A stretch of 64,000 bases of DNA from Alphaproteobacteria bacterium. Lineage in GTDB: Bacteria; Pseudomonadota; Alphaproteobacteria; UBA828. The translations under genes and the position numbers were made by a program. Shown here piece by piece: positions 21,232 to 30,234 of this stretch; within the stretch, counting starts at the first letter, position 1, and each line of letters starts with the position of its first letter. The notes under the pieces were generated by a model that was not told where the DNA came from, searched no databases, and worked only from the letters and a program-made list of their open reading frames with translations. The stretch covers positions 288,001 to 352,000 of the forward strand of contig CAXXVO010000004.1 in assembly GCA_963422645.2 (NCBI GenBank), read 5' to 3'.

Positions 21232-22163
21232 GCCGGCCGGAGCGCCGCGCGATGGTGGAGCGCGATCACCCGGCGCTGAGCCTGAGCCGGCAATGCCGCC
21301 TGCTGTCGATCGGGCGCTCCTCGCTCTACTACGCAGCGAAGGGCGAGAGCGCGGAGACCCTGGCGCTGATGCGTCGGATCGACGAGCTGTTCCTGAAGTA
21401 TCCGTTTTATGGCGCCCGCCAGATGGTCCGGCACCTGCGCCGCGAGGGCGTGCGGATTGGGCGCGGCCGGGCCGCTCGCCTGATGCGCCTGATGGGGCTT
21501 GAGGCGATCTATCGGGCACCGCGGACCAGCGCGCCGCATCCCGAGCACCGGGTCTACCCTTATCTGCTGCGGGGTCTGGCGATCGAGCGGGCGAACCATG
21601 TCTGGTGCGCCGACATCACCTACATCCCGGTGCGGCGCGGCTTCCTTTACCTGGTGGCGATCATGGACTGGGCGAGCCGGTACGTGCTGGCCTGGCGGCT
21701 GTCGAACACGCTGGACGCGGGCTTCTGCACGGACGCGCTCGACGAGGCCCTGGCTCGGCATGGCGCGCCGGAGATCTTCAACACCGATCAGGGCAGCCAG
21801 TTCACCAGCTTCGTCTTCACCGGCCGCTTGCAGGCGGCCGGCATCCGGATCTCGATGGACGGCCGGGGCCGGTGCATGGACAACATCTTCATCGAGCGGC
21901 TGTGGCGCTCGCTCAAATACGAGGCGGTCTACCTGCACGACATCGCCGACGGTTTCCAGGCCCGGCGCCTGATCCGTGATTGGATCGGCTTTTACAACGC
22001 CGAGAGGCCTCACTCGGCGCTGGGAGGGAGAACCCCGGCCGAGGCATACCGCGGCGAGACGCCTGTGGATATGATGGACAAGCCGCTACGCGCCTTGACC
22101 ACATCTCCACAGGCGCAACAGCAGCAACAGGAAGATCGATTCAAGAGGATCATGGCGGCCTGA
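21228..22163 (+). CDS. IS3 OrfB transposase
   Basis: WCADITY, NTDQGSQF, DNIFIERLWRSLKYE; ATGA overlap with orfA. Confidence 0.95.
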   Translation: MSRPERRAMVERDHPALSLSRQCRLLSIGRSSLYYAAKGESAETLALMRRIDELFLKYPFYGARQMVRHLRREGVRIGRGRAARLMRLMGLEAIYRAPRTSAPHPEHRVYPYLLRGLAIERANHVWCADITYIPVRRGFLYLVAIMDWASRYVLAWRLSNTLDAGFCTDALDEALARHGAPEIFNTDQGSQFTSFVFTGRLQAAGIRISMDGRGRCMDNIFIERLWRSLKYEAVYLHDIADGFQARRLIRDWIGFYNAERPHSALGGRTPAEAYRGETPVDMMDKPLRALTTSPQAQQQQQEDRFKRIMAA

Positions 22164-24336
22164 GAAACAACCGGAATACACCTTACCTTGGCCGCTAAGC
22201 TGTCCGAATAGGCGAGGCCACCTCAGACCACGATGTCGTTGGCCGAGAGCGCCTTGAGGTGGGCGAGGGCGGCCCTTCTTTCGTCGCCGTGCGCGACCAG
22301 GTCGAAGTCCACCGGGATGTTCGCGTGCAGCCGGTAGAGGCAACTCAGCAGGCCCTGCGGGTAGTGGGCCGCCTCGGAGGGCGTGCGGTAGCCGGCCTTG
22401 AGCAGCGGCCGCGGCAGGTTGAGCTTGGAGCCGTCGACCGCGAACACGCGGTGGCCCTTCCAGGCCGGGCCGTCGGCGCGCTTGAGGATCTCGGCGTGCA
22501 GCGTCTTGAACACCGCCTCGTCGACCTTGGCCCGCGCCATGCACATCGCCGAGGCCGAGACCGGCGCCGGCTGCGGCAGTGCGACGCCCAGGACCCGGCA
22601 CTGCTCCCACAGCCCGGCCAGCGTCGTGGCGTAGCCCGCGCGGCCGTTCGAGAACGCCAGCCGGAAGATGAAGAGCATGACGAGAAGGGTGTCGAGGACC
22701 CGCCGGCGGCTCTGCCACACCCGGTCGTGATCGGCGGCCACCGCCGCCAGTGCGCCGATCAGGTCCTGCCACAGCGCCACGAAGGGATCGTCCGGCGCCA
22801 GCGCTGCCGGCCGTGTCCTGTTCCCGCGCCGCGCCGGCCGCGGGCCTTCGAGCAGGATCGAGCGGAAGTCCGGCGTCAGCGGGTAGACGTAGACGCTTTT
22901 GCGGGTCTTGCCCTTGCCGCCCCCGGTCTCGCCGAGACAGCGCCAGTTGGCCGCGCGGTAGCAGGCGCCGTCGAAGAGGCTGGGGTCCACGAAGGTCTCC
23001 ACCAGAACCGGGCGCGCTCCGAAGCGCGCCTCCCAGTCGCCGGGCAGCTGGCGCAGCGCCATCGACAGCGCTTTCGACGCCAGGTTGTCGACCCGGACCC
23101 AGGGAAAGATCAGGAAACGCGTGTGACCCACGACCAGATCGAGGTGCTTGCGGAAGCCTTCCGCCGGCCACCCGATCCACTCGTCGCGGCAGGGCAGCGT
23201 GCGCGACGCCCGGGCAAACAGAAGGCAGCCCAGAGGCCGCCCGTGGCGGTCCAGGAGAAAATAGCGCAGATGCGCGCCGACCAGACGATGCAGCCCGAGA
23301 TAGTGGTGGCGCGCGACGAACTCGTTCCACAGCCCGCCCTCCTCCTTGCCCGCCGCAATCGACAGGCGCAGCGGCATCAGCGCGGCCAGGTCCTCCGCGA
23401 TCGCCGCGGCCGGCGCCGTCCGCTCGCTCCGGGCCATCGCCTCCTGCGGCCCCCGCACCTGCGCCTCGTCCCGCGCCGGCAGGGTCAGGATGCCCAGCCG
23501 CTCCAACTCCTCCAGCATCCGCAGGCAGACCGCGACACGGTTCCGCCCGCTCGGCGCGCGCCAGTTCAAATGCTCGCAGATCGTGTGCCCGAGCTCGTTG
23601 CGGCTGATCGCCGGAAACAGCGCCACCGTCTCCTGGATGTCGGCAATCTGCCGGCGGGTCAGACGTCTGCCGAAAAAGGTCGTCGACTTCAGCGCGGTGA
23701 TGCGGGGGTCCATGGGCCGGCTCCACTGACAGGGGGACAGCCACAGTGTGCCAAAGCACACGCCACCGGTCAATCCCCCTCGTGCGGGAAACGCCGAGAC
23801 CGACAATCCACACAAGAAATCAACTCGTTACGACACCACCAAAAAACCCCGGAACAATCTTCGCGCCAAATGAATGCCATTGGTGGGCCAACAGGGACCC
23901 CCCACGCGGCTTCGCTCCGCGTAGCGCAGGGCGCCACACGAAGCCGCGCGGGTCCCCCCTATTGGCTACCGGGACAACCTCCGCCGTGCCACTCAGGGGG
24001 GTCAATTTTGCACGCCGATCGGGGGTCAGTATTGAAAGCCGATTGACAATAGTGCACGCGAGGTAAGTGCCCGGGACGCCCGATTCGCCATGCTCCAGGC
24101 GTTGGAAGGCGTTGTGAGGCTTATCGCGGAACATCGTACTAGAGAACTAACGCCCGCTCAGATAATGGACTTGCGGGAGCTTCTTTGGAGCACGGAGACT
24201 GTCCGTCGCATGGTCCAAGAACGGGAACGGGTGCTGGCGGAGTTGGAGGATTATGGCAACATCTACCGATCTTTCGCTTCACTCAAATGGCTCGACCTAC
24301 CGCCGCACCCCCCTTGGGGCACCCCCCTTGGGACAC

Positions 24337-24833
24337 CTAGCCCCCGCCGAAGTCCACCGCGCCATCATCGCGCATGGCTTCACGGATGCGGTGCGACAGA
24401 AACCAAGCTGACCGGACCGTCACGCCCAATGTGCGGGAGAGCTGGTTGCTGCTGATGCCCTTCTTGCTGCTGGTCATCAGGTAGATCGCCCGAAGCCACA
24501 GATGCAGTTCGATGTGGCTGTCTTCGAAGATAGTTCCGATGCGGACGGTGAACTGCTTGCCGCAGCCCTTGCACTTCTTGAGGCCGTGGCGAACCTTGCC
24601 CTCGGGATTCTTCTTCGACGGCTTGGAGCGGACGCCCTTCAACTCGTAGGCTTCGCCAACAACGCCGCACTTGGGGCAGGTCGGACCATCCGGCCAAAGC
24701 ATCGCCTCGATGTGGGCGAATGCGGCAGTTTCATCGTGCATGTAAGGTGCTGAAAGGGCTGACATTGTGGGGTCTCCGTCGCTACCCCACTAACACGGGA
24801 GCTCACTCATGGTTTGTCAATTGACATAACGCC
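24337..24833 (-). mobile_element. IS1595-family remnant (left end and truncated transposase 24337-24765)
   Basis: WPDGPTCPKC..CKGCGKQFTV..GTIFE, SSKKGISS; stops before the DDE domain; GGCGTTATG-type end at 24833. Confidence 0.85.
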
Positions 24834-25010
24834 TTTTCTTTGCCGGCCTTTCAAGAGCCCGCGCCAATTGCGGGTGCAAATGGAGCTTCGAAACAAAACG
24901 GACTTGATTTTGTAACTTGGCGAAGGTCTTGAACTGGGTCATGATTACATCGATTCTAAACTTGCGCTTCGTAAGTTGAGAATTGGAACTATTACAAGGG
25001 GGGGTAAGCC

Positions 25011-25526
25011 ATGAAATGCGACAAGCTCGTCGACGTCGGTCGGCGGCGATTCCTGCAAGGGGGGGCCGTGGCGGCCGGTGTGGTCACGCTGGGTGTCTCC
25101 CATTCGCCCGCCAAAGCGGCGCCCGCCGCAGCCAGGGTGGAGTATCCGTCGAACCGGCTGGCCAATATCGCCGAGCTGAAGGTGGATATGCCAATGGACA
25201 TCCACTACCCGGATACGGACAGCCCCGGCGTGCTGCTCAAGCTGGGTTCAGCCGTCGAAGGCGGGGTCGGTCCGGATGGCGACGTCGTCGCCTTCTCCGT
25301 GATGTGCCCGCACAAAGGCTGGCAGCTCCAATACAACGCCGGCGACAGGACTCTGAACTGCCCCGGGCATTTCTCGCGTTTCGACTGCGAGGCCGGCGGC
25401 CAGCAGACCTGGGGACACGCGACCCAGAACCTGCCGCAATTCGTGCTGCGGATTGACGACCAGGGCGAGATCTACGCCGAAGGCGTGGACGAGCTGCTCT
25501 ACGGCCGTCTCTCCAACGTGCTCTGA
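25011..25526 (+). CDS. aioB: Arsenite oxidase small Rieske subunit
   Basis: Tat motif RRRFLQG, CPH...CPGH Rieske ligands, GHATQNLPQ, YGRLSNVL. Confidence 0.93.
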   Translation: MKCDKLVDVGRRRFLQGGAVAAGVVTLGVSHSPAKAAPAAARVEYPSNRLANIAELKVDMPMDIHYPDTDSPGVLLKLGSAVEGGVGPDGDVVAFSVMCPHKGWQLQYNAGDRTLNCPGHFSRFDCEAGGQQTWGHATQNLPQFVLRIDDQGEIYAEGVDELLYGRLSNVL

Positions 25527-25539
25527 GGGAGGCGATCAG

Positions 25540-27993
25540 ATGGCTTACAAGCGACAAGTCGACCGTCTGCCGATCATCCCCGCAGACGCCAAGGAGCAAA
25601 ACGTCACCTGCCACTACTGCATCGTCGGCTGCGGCTACAAGGCGTACACGTGGCCCGTCAACAAGCAGGGCACGGTCACGTCGAACAAATTCGGCGTGGA
25701 CCTGAGCAAGCAGCAGGACCAGGAAACCGAGTTCTGGTACGCGCCCTCAATGTACAACATCGTCCAGCAGAACGGGCAGGACGTGCATCTGGTGATCAAG
25801 CCGGACGTCAATTGTAGCGTCAACTCGGGCCTCGGCTCGGTGCGTGGCGCCCGCATGGCGGAGAACCGCCGTTCGGATGTCACCGGCACCCAGCAGCAGC
25901 GGCTCACGGAGCCGATGGTCTGGCGTTACGGCACGTGGCAGCCGACCTCGTGGAACGATGCCCTCGACCTGGTCGCCAGGGTCACCGCCCGTTACATCGA
26001 CAAGGACAACGAGGACGATCTCTACGTCTCGATGTTCGATCACGGCGGCTCGGCGGGCGGCTACGAGAACACCTGGGGCACGGGCAAGCTCTACTTCGGC
26101 TCGATGAAGGTCAAGAACTGCCGGATTCACAACCGGCCGGCCTACAATTCCGAGGTGCACTCGACCCGCGACATGGGCATCGGCGAGCTGAACTACTGCT
26201 ACGAGGACTACACGCTCACCGACACGATCTTCCTGATCGGCGCCAATCCCCTCGAGACCCAGACCAACCTGTACCTCAACCACATGGTGCCGGGCATGAG
26301 GGACGGCGCCCGCGTGATCATCGCGGACCCGCGCCGCACGGTGACCGTCAACGCCTGCGAGCAGGTGGCCGGCGCCGATCACGTGCTGCATCTGGCGATC
26401 AACTCGGGCACGGATCTCGCGCTCTTCAACGCGCTCTTCACCTACATCGCCGATCAAGGCTGGGTGGATAGCGACTTCATCGCCAACTCGACCTTCCAGG
26501 GCGGCGAGGCGCAGGCGCAGGGTACGGCGCATCCCTGTGCGCTCGGCTCCTTCGAGCTGGCGCGCGAGGCCTGCCGCATGTCCACCGCCGAGGCTGCCGA
26601 AATCTGCGGCGTCGCCGAGGGCGATATCGTCAAGGCGGCGCACTGGATTGCGGAGCCCAAGTCCGACGGCTCGCGCCGCAAGTGCGTGAGCGCCTACGAG
26701 AAGGGCATCATCTGGGGCAACGACAACTACCGCACCGTCGGCGCCCTGGTGAACATCGGCCTCGCCACCGGCAATATCGGCCGCGAGGGCGGCGGGGTGT
26801 GCCGTCTTGGCGGGCATCAGGAAGGCTATTACCGGCCGCCCGACGGCCATGTAGGCCGGCCTGCGCCCTATGTCGACGACCTGATCATCAAGGGCGGCGG
26901 CAAAGTCCACCACATCTGGGCCTGCGACCACTACAAGACCACGCTGAACGCCACCGAGTTCAAGCGCGTCTACAACAAGCGCACGAACATGGTGAAGGAA
27001 GCGATGGACGCGGCGGCGGGCAAGACCCGCGACGAGCTGGTCGACGCCATCGGTGCGGCGATCGAGGCAGGCGGCCTCTTCTCGGTCAACGTGGACATCA
27101 TCCACAGCCAAATCGGCCAGGCGGCCCACGTGATCCTGCCTGCGGTCGAGTCCGGCGAGATGAACCTCACGTCCATGAACGGCGAGCGCCGGATGCGCCT
27201 GGTCGAGAAGTACATGGACGGCCCCGGATCGTCGCAGCCCGACTGCTTGATCGCTGCCGACATGGCGCAGCATCTCGAGCGTGTGCTGAACGGGATGGGC
27301 AAGGCCGACTACGCGGCGCAGTTCCAGGGCTACGACTGGGCGACCGAGGAAGATGCCTTCATGGACGGCTATCACCAAGGGAATCCGGACGTCACCTACG
27401 ATCGGCTTCGCGCCATGGGCAACAACGGGGTTCAGGAGCCTGTCGTTGGCTATAAGAACGGCCAGTTGGTCGGCACCAAGCGCCTCTATGCCGATGGCAC
27501 TTTCGGCACCGGAGACGGCAAGGCCCGGTTCTGCGCAGGCGCGTGGCGCGGCCTGCAGGCGCCGGGCAAGGAGGAGCAGAAGGCCAAGTTCACGTACCTC
27601 ATCAACAACGGCCGCTCCAACATCAACTGGCAGAACTGGTTCCTCGATCAGGACAACGACTTCGCCACCGACCGCTATCCCTATCCCTTCATCGAGATGA
27701 ATCCGGATGACATGGCGGCGGTGGGCGTTGGCGCCGGCGACCTGGTGGAGGTCTACAACGACGACGGTGCGACCCAGGCCATGGCGTATCCCACGCCGAC
27801 GGCGAAGAAGGGCGAGACTTTCATGCTCTTCGCCGCGCCGACCGGCACGCAAGGCAACGTCATAAACAACGGGACCAACGAGCTGGTGCTGCCCAACTAC
27901 AAGCAGACCTGGGCCGACATCCGCAAGCTCGCGGAAGCTCCGGCGACCGTGTCGCATCTCTCCTTCAAGTCGAAGGAGTACAGTCCGGGGTAA
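25540..27993 (+). CDS. aioA: Arsenite oxidase large molybdopterin subunit
   Basis: CHYCIVGC...GSVRG 3Fe-4S motif, HNRPAYNSE, RLGGHQEG; aioBA order; GGGAGG RBS. Confidence 0.95.
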   Translation: MAYKRQVDRLPIIPADAKEQNVTCHYCIVGCGYKAYTWPVNKQGTVTSNKFGVDLSKQQDQETEFWYAPSMYNIVQQNGQDVHLVIKPDVNCSVNSGLGSVRGARMAENRRSDVTGTQQQRLTEPMVWRYGTWQPTSWNDALDLVARVTARYIDKDNEDDLYVSMFDHGGSAGGYENTWGTGKLYFGSMKVKNCRIHNRPAYNSEVHSTRDMGIGELNYCYEDYTLTDTIFLIGANPLETQTNLYLNHMVPGMRDGARVIIADPRRTVTVNACEQVAGADHVLHLAINSGTDLALFNALFTYIADQGWVDSDFIANSTFQGGEAQAQGTAHPCALGSFELAREACRMSTAEAAEICGVAEGDIVKAAHWIAEPKSDGSRRKCVSAYEKGIIWGNDNYRTVGALVNIGLATGNIGREGGGVCRLGGHQEGYYRPPDGHVGRPAPYVDDLIIKGGGKVHHIWACDHYKTTLNATEFKRVYNKRTNMVKEAMDAAAGKTRDELVDAIGAAIEAGGLFSVNVDIIHSQIGQAAHVILPAVESGEMNLTSMNGERRMRLVEKYMDGPGSSQPDCLIAADMAQHLERVLNGMGKADYAAQFQGYDWATEEDAFMDGYHQGNPDVTYDRLRAMGNNGVQEPVVGYKNGQLVGTKRLYADGTFGTGDGKARFCAGAWRGLQAPGKEEQKAKFTYLINNGRSNINWQNWFLDQDNDFATDRYPYPFIEMNPDDMAAVGVGAGDLVEVYNDDGATQAMAYPTPTAKKGETFMLFAAPTGTQGNVINNGTNELVLPNYKQTWADIRKLAEAPATVSHLSFKSKEYSPG

Positions 27994-28131
27994 GGGAGCG
28001 CTGAAACTCGGGCGTCATCGTCTGAGCAGTGCGCTCGTAACGAAGCAGGCGGTGCCCCACGGGCCCGCCTGCCTTCTTGTCCATTGTGGGGCGTTGCCAG
28101 GTCTTGTATCGACCTGTGCATTACCCCATCA

Positions 28132-28222
28132 CGTCATGGCCGGGCTTGTCCCGGCCATCCACGAGGGCACTCCGGTTAGGCCTCAACGCACATGGATGCC
28201 CGGAACAAGTCCGGGCATGACG
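28132..28222. repeat. Alphaproteobacterial REP/REPIN-like palindromic element
   Basis: CGTCATGGCCGGGCTTGTCCCGGCCATCCA ... TGGATGCCCGGAACAAGTCCGGGCATGACG: two hairpin units in inverted orientation, between convergent genes. Confidence 0.85.
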
Positions 28223-28285
28223 AAGTGTGTGGTTGACTGGCCCGGGGAGCGCGCACCAGGCGCTGTTGGCCTCGGGCGCGGGCGC

Positions 28286-29179
28286 CTACTCCGCTGCCTC
28301 GGCCTCGGGTCTCGCCCAGCGGCGTTCGAAGGCCCAGACGTCCTTGAAGCCCATGAGCGCGTGCATCTCGGGCAGCGAGATCATCGGCGCATCGACGTTG
28401 GCGGTGGAGCCGTCGCGCTTGAGGGACGCGAAGGCGCTGCGCATGGCGCCGGCCGCCGGCAGCATGCCGATCGCGGGATAGATCGCGATGTTGTAGCCGA
28501 GCGCCGCGAGGCGATCCGCCGGCACGATGGGGGTCTTGCCGCTGTCCACCATGTTGGCGAGCAGCGGCTTGTCGAAGGTCTCGCCGATGCGCGCGATCTC
28601 GGCCTCGTTCTCCGGCGCCTCGATGAAGATCACGTCGGCGCCGGCGTCGGCGAAGGCCTGGCCCCGGGCGAGGGCCTCGTCGAGGCCGAGGCTGGTGCGC
28701 GCATCGGTGCGCGCGATGATCAGGAAGTTGGGATCGCTGCGCGCGTCGGCGGCGACCCCGATCTTCTCCACCATGTCCTCCACCGGGACCACGCGGCGGC
28801 CTGGCGTGTGGCCGCACTTCTTGGGGATTTCCTGGTCTTCGAGCTGGATCGCGCTGCAGCCCGCGTCCTCGTAGCCCTGCACCGTGTGGCGGACGTTGAG
28901 GAGACCGCCGAAGCCCGTATCCGCGTCGCAGATCAGGGGCGAGTCCGTGCCGCCCGCGATGGCGCGCACCCTCGACACGACATCGGCGTAGCTCGCGATG
29001 CCGGCATCGGGCAGGCCGAGGTGGGAGGCCGCGACGCCATAGCCGGTCATGTAGAGCGCCCGAAAACCCATGCCGTCGGCGACCTTGGCGGAGATCATGT
29101 CGTAGACGCCGGGGGCCACGACGAACTGGCCCTCCCGGATCGCGCCGGCGAGCGCGGCGCGCTTCTCGCTCGCATTCAT
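28286..29179 (-). CDS. Isocitrate lyase/PEP mutase family lyase
   Basis: DADTGFG, LEDQ..PKKCGH, IIARTDA. Confidence 0.92.
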   Translation of the reverse strand: MNASEKRAALAGAIREGQFVVAPGVYDMISAKVADGMGFRALYMTGYGVAASHLGLPDAGIASYADVVSRVRAIAGGTDSPLICDADTGFGGLLNVRHTVQGYEDAGCSAIQLEDQEIPKKCGHTPGRRVVPVEDMVEKIGVAADARSDPNFLIIARTDARTSLGLDEALARGQAFADAGADVIFIEAPENEAEIARIGETFDKPLLANMVDSGKTPIVPADRLAALGYNIAIYPAIGMLPAAGAMRSAFASLKRDGSTANVDAPMISLPEMHALMGFKDVWAFERRWARPEAEAAE

Positions 29180-29219
29180 GGTTGAGTTCCTTCGTCTTGG
29201 GGTGGGGCCTGAGCAGGCG

Positions 29220-30107
29220 CTAGCCGCGATTGGCGTCCAGGAAGCCCAGCAGGGTTTCGAAATAGGCCTCCGGCTCCTCGTACATCGGCAGGTGGGAGGA
29301 GTTCGGGAACACCTTGATCTGCGAATTGGGAAGCGCCGCATGCATCTTCATCGAGCACGCCGGTGTGAGCTCGTCGTGCTGGCCGCAGAGCACCAGCGCC
29401 GGCTGGTGGATGCGATGCAGCTCGGGCAGCCAGTTCTTGTCCTTGATGCTGCCGGTGTAGCAGAACTCGTTGGGCCCCTGGATCGCCTCGTAGGGCCCCA
29501 TGTTCCAGTCGCCCAGCGAGCGCATGACCGGGGCCGGCCACGTGTCGAGCCGGCAGACGTGGCGGTAGTTGAGGATGGTGATCGCGGCCTGATAGGTGGG
29601 GTGGTCGAGGGTGCCCTCGGCCTCGTGGCGCTGCATCATCGCCTCGGTCTCGGGCCCGAGCGCGTGGCGCAGCCGGTGCAGCTCGCTCACCAGATGCGGG
29701 ATGTCACCCGCGCCGTCGGCGAGGGTGATCGTCTTGAAGCTCTCGGGATAGGTTAGCGCCCACTCCTGGCCGAGCCAGGTGCCCCAGGATTGCCCGTAGT
29801 AATGCACAGGCCCGAGTCCGAGGGCGGTGCGCACGGTCTCCGTCTCCTCGACATAGCGCTCGATGGTCCAGAGCGAGGCATCGTCGGGCCGGTCGGACTT
29901 GCCGGTGCCGAGCTGGTCGAAGGCCACGACCCGGTAGCCCTTGTCCGCGAGCCATGAATGCGCGTCGCGCACATAGTCGCAGGGCAGCCCCGGCCCGCCG
30001 TTGACGCAGAACAGCACCTCATCGCCGGAGCCGAAGCTGTAGGCCACGACCTTGTAGCCGTCGACGCTGACGTCGATGGTCTCGTCCGGCGCGCGATCGT
30101 CCATCAT
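29220..30107 (-). CDS. Proline iminopeptidase-family alpha/beta hydrolase
   Basis: NGGPG, FDQLGTGKS, GQSWG nucleophile, terminal His motif. Confidence 0.9.
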   Translation of the reverse strand: MMDDRAPDETIDVSVDGYKVVAYSFGSGDEVLFCVNGGPGLPCDYVRDAHSWLADKGYRVVAFDQLGTGKSDRPDDASLWTIERYVEETETVRTALGLGPVHYYGQSWGTWLGQEWALTYPESFKTITLADGAGDIPHLVSELHRLRHALGPETEAMMQRHEAEGTLDHPTYQAAITILNYRHVCRLDTWPAPVMRSLGDWNMGPYEAIQGPNEFCYTGSIKDKNWLPELHRIHQPALVLCGQHDELTPACSMKMHAALPNSQIKVFPNSSHLPMYEEPEAYFETLLGFLDANRG

Positions 30108-30234
30108 GGCCCGCCTCTCCCTCCCACGTGGCGCGGCGGACTATTCCACATTTGCCAATCGCCTCCAAGCGGGGCTGGGGTCGGGCGGCGCGTGCTAACA
30201 TGACTCCTCGATCATCGGGCGCCGCAACAAAATA

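Larger units (their letters stand above)
20881..22225 (+). mobile_element. IS3-family element
   Basis: IR TGAGGTGGCC...GGCCACCTCA; 3-bp TSD GAC; empty site visible at 46470-46472. Confidence 0.96.
20152..23713 (-). pseudogene. DUF4338 + IS4 DDE transposase (737 aa when rejoined), split by IS3
   Basis: HHYLG, RFLI.PWV..NLAS, ETFVD..G.CYRAANW, then AVDGS, YDRGY, YHARWGIEELYK. Confidence 0.88.
20062..23882 (-). mobile_element. IS4-like element with DUF4338-fused transposase, copy 1
   Basis: IR CAATGGCATTCA...TGAATGCCATTG; 10-bp TSD GTGGGCCAAC. Confidence 0.92.
17670..24048 (+). mobile_element. IS21-family element containing nested IS4 and IS3 elements
   Basis: TGT...ACA ends, subterminal repeats GATCGGCGTSCAAAATTGACCCC at both ends, istAB; no TSD seen. 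Confidence 0.88.

Noticed and set aside
22226-23713. Druantia defence system
   Set aside because: DUF4338 is fused to a DDE transposase within IRs and TSD; no DruE-like helicase nearby.
24917-24935. Possible sigma54 promoter TGGCGA-N5-TTGAA before aioB
   Set aside because: The -12 GC dinucleotide is missing.
25011-27993. Iodate reductase IdrAB alternative
   Set aside because: Gene order is small then large subunit, no peroxidase genes follow, and AioA motifs are canonical.
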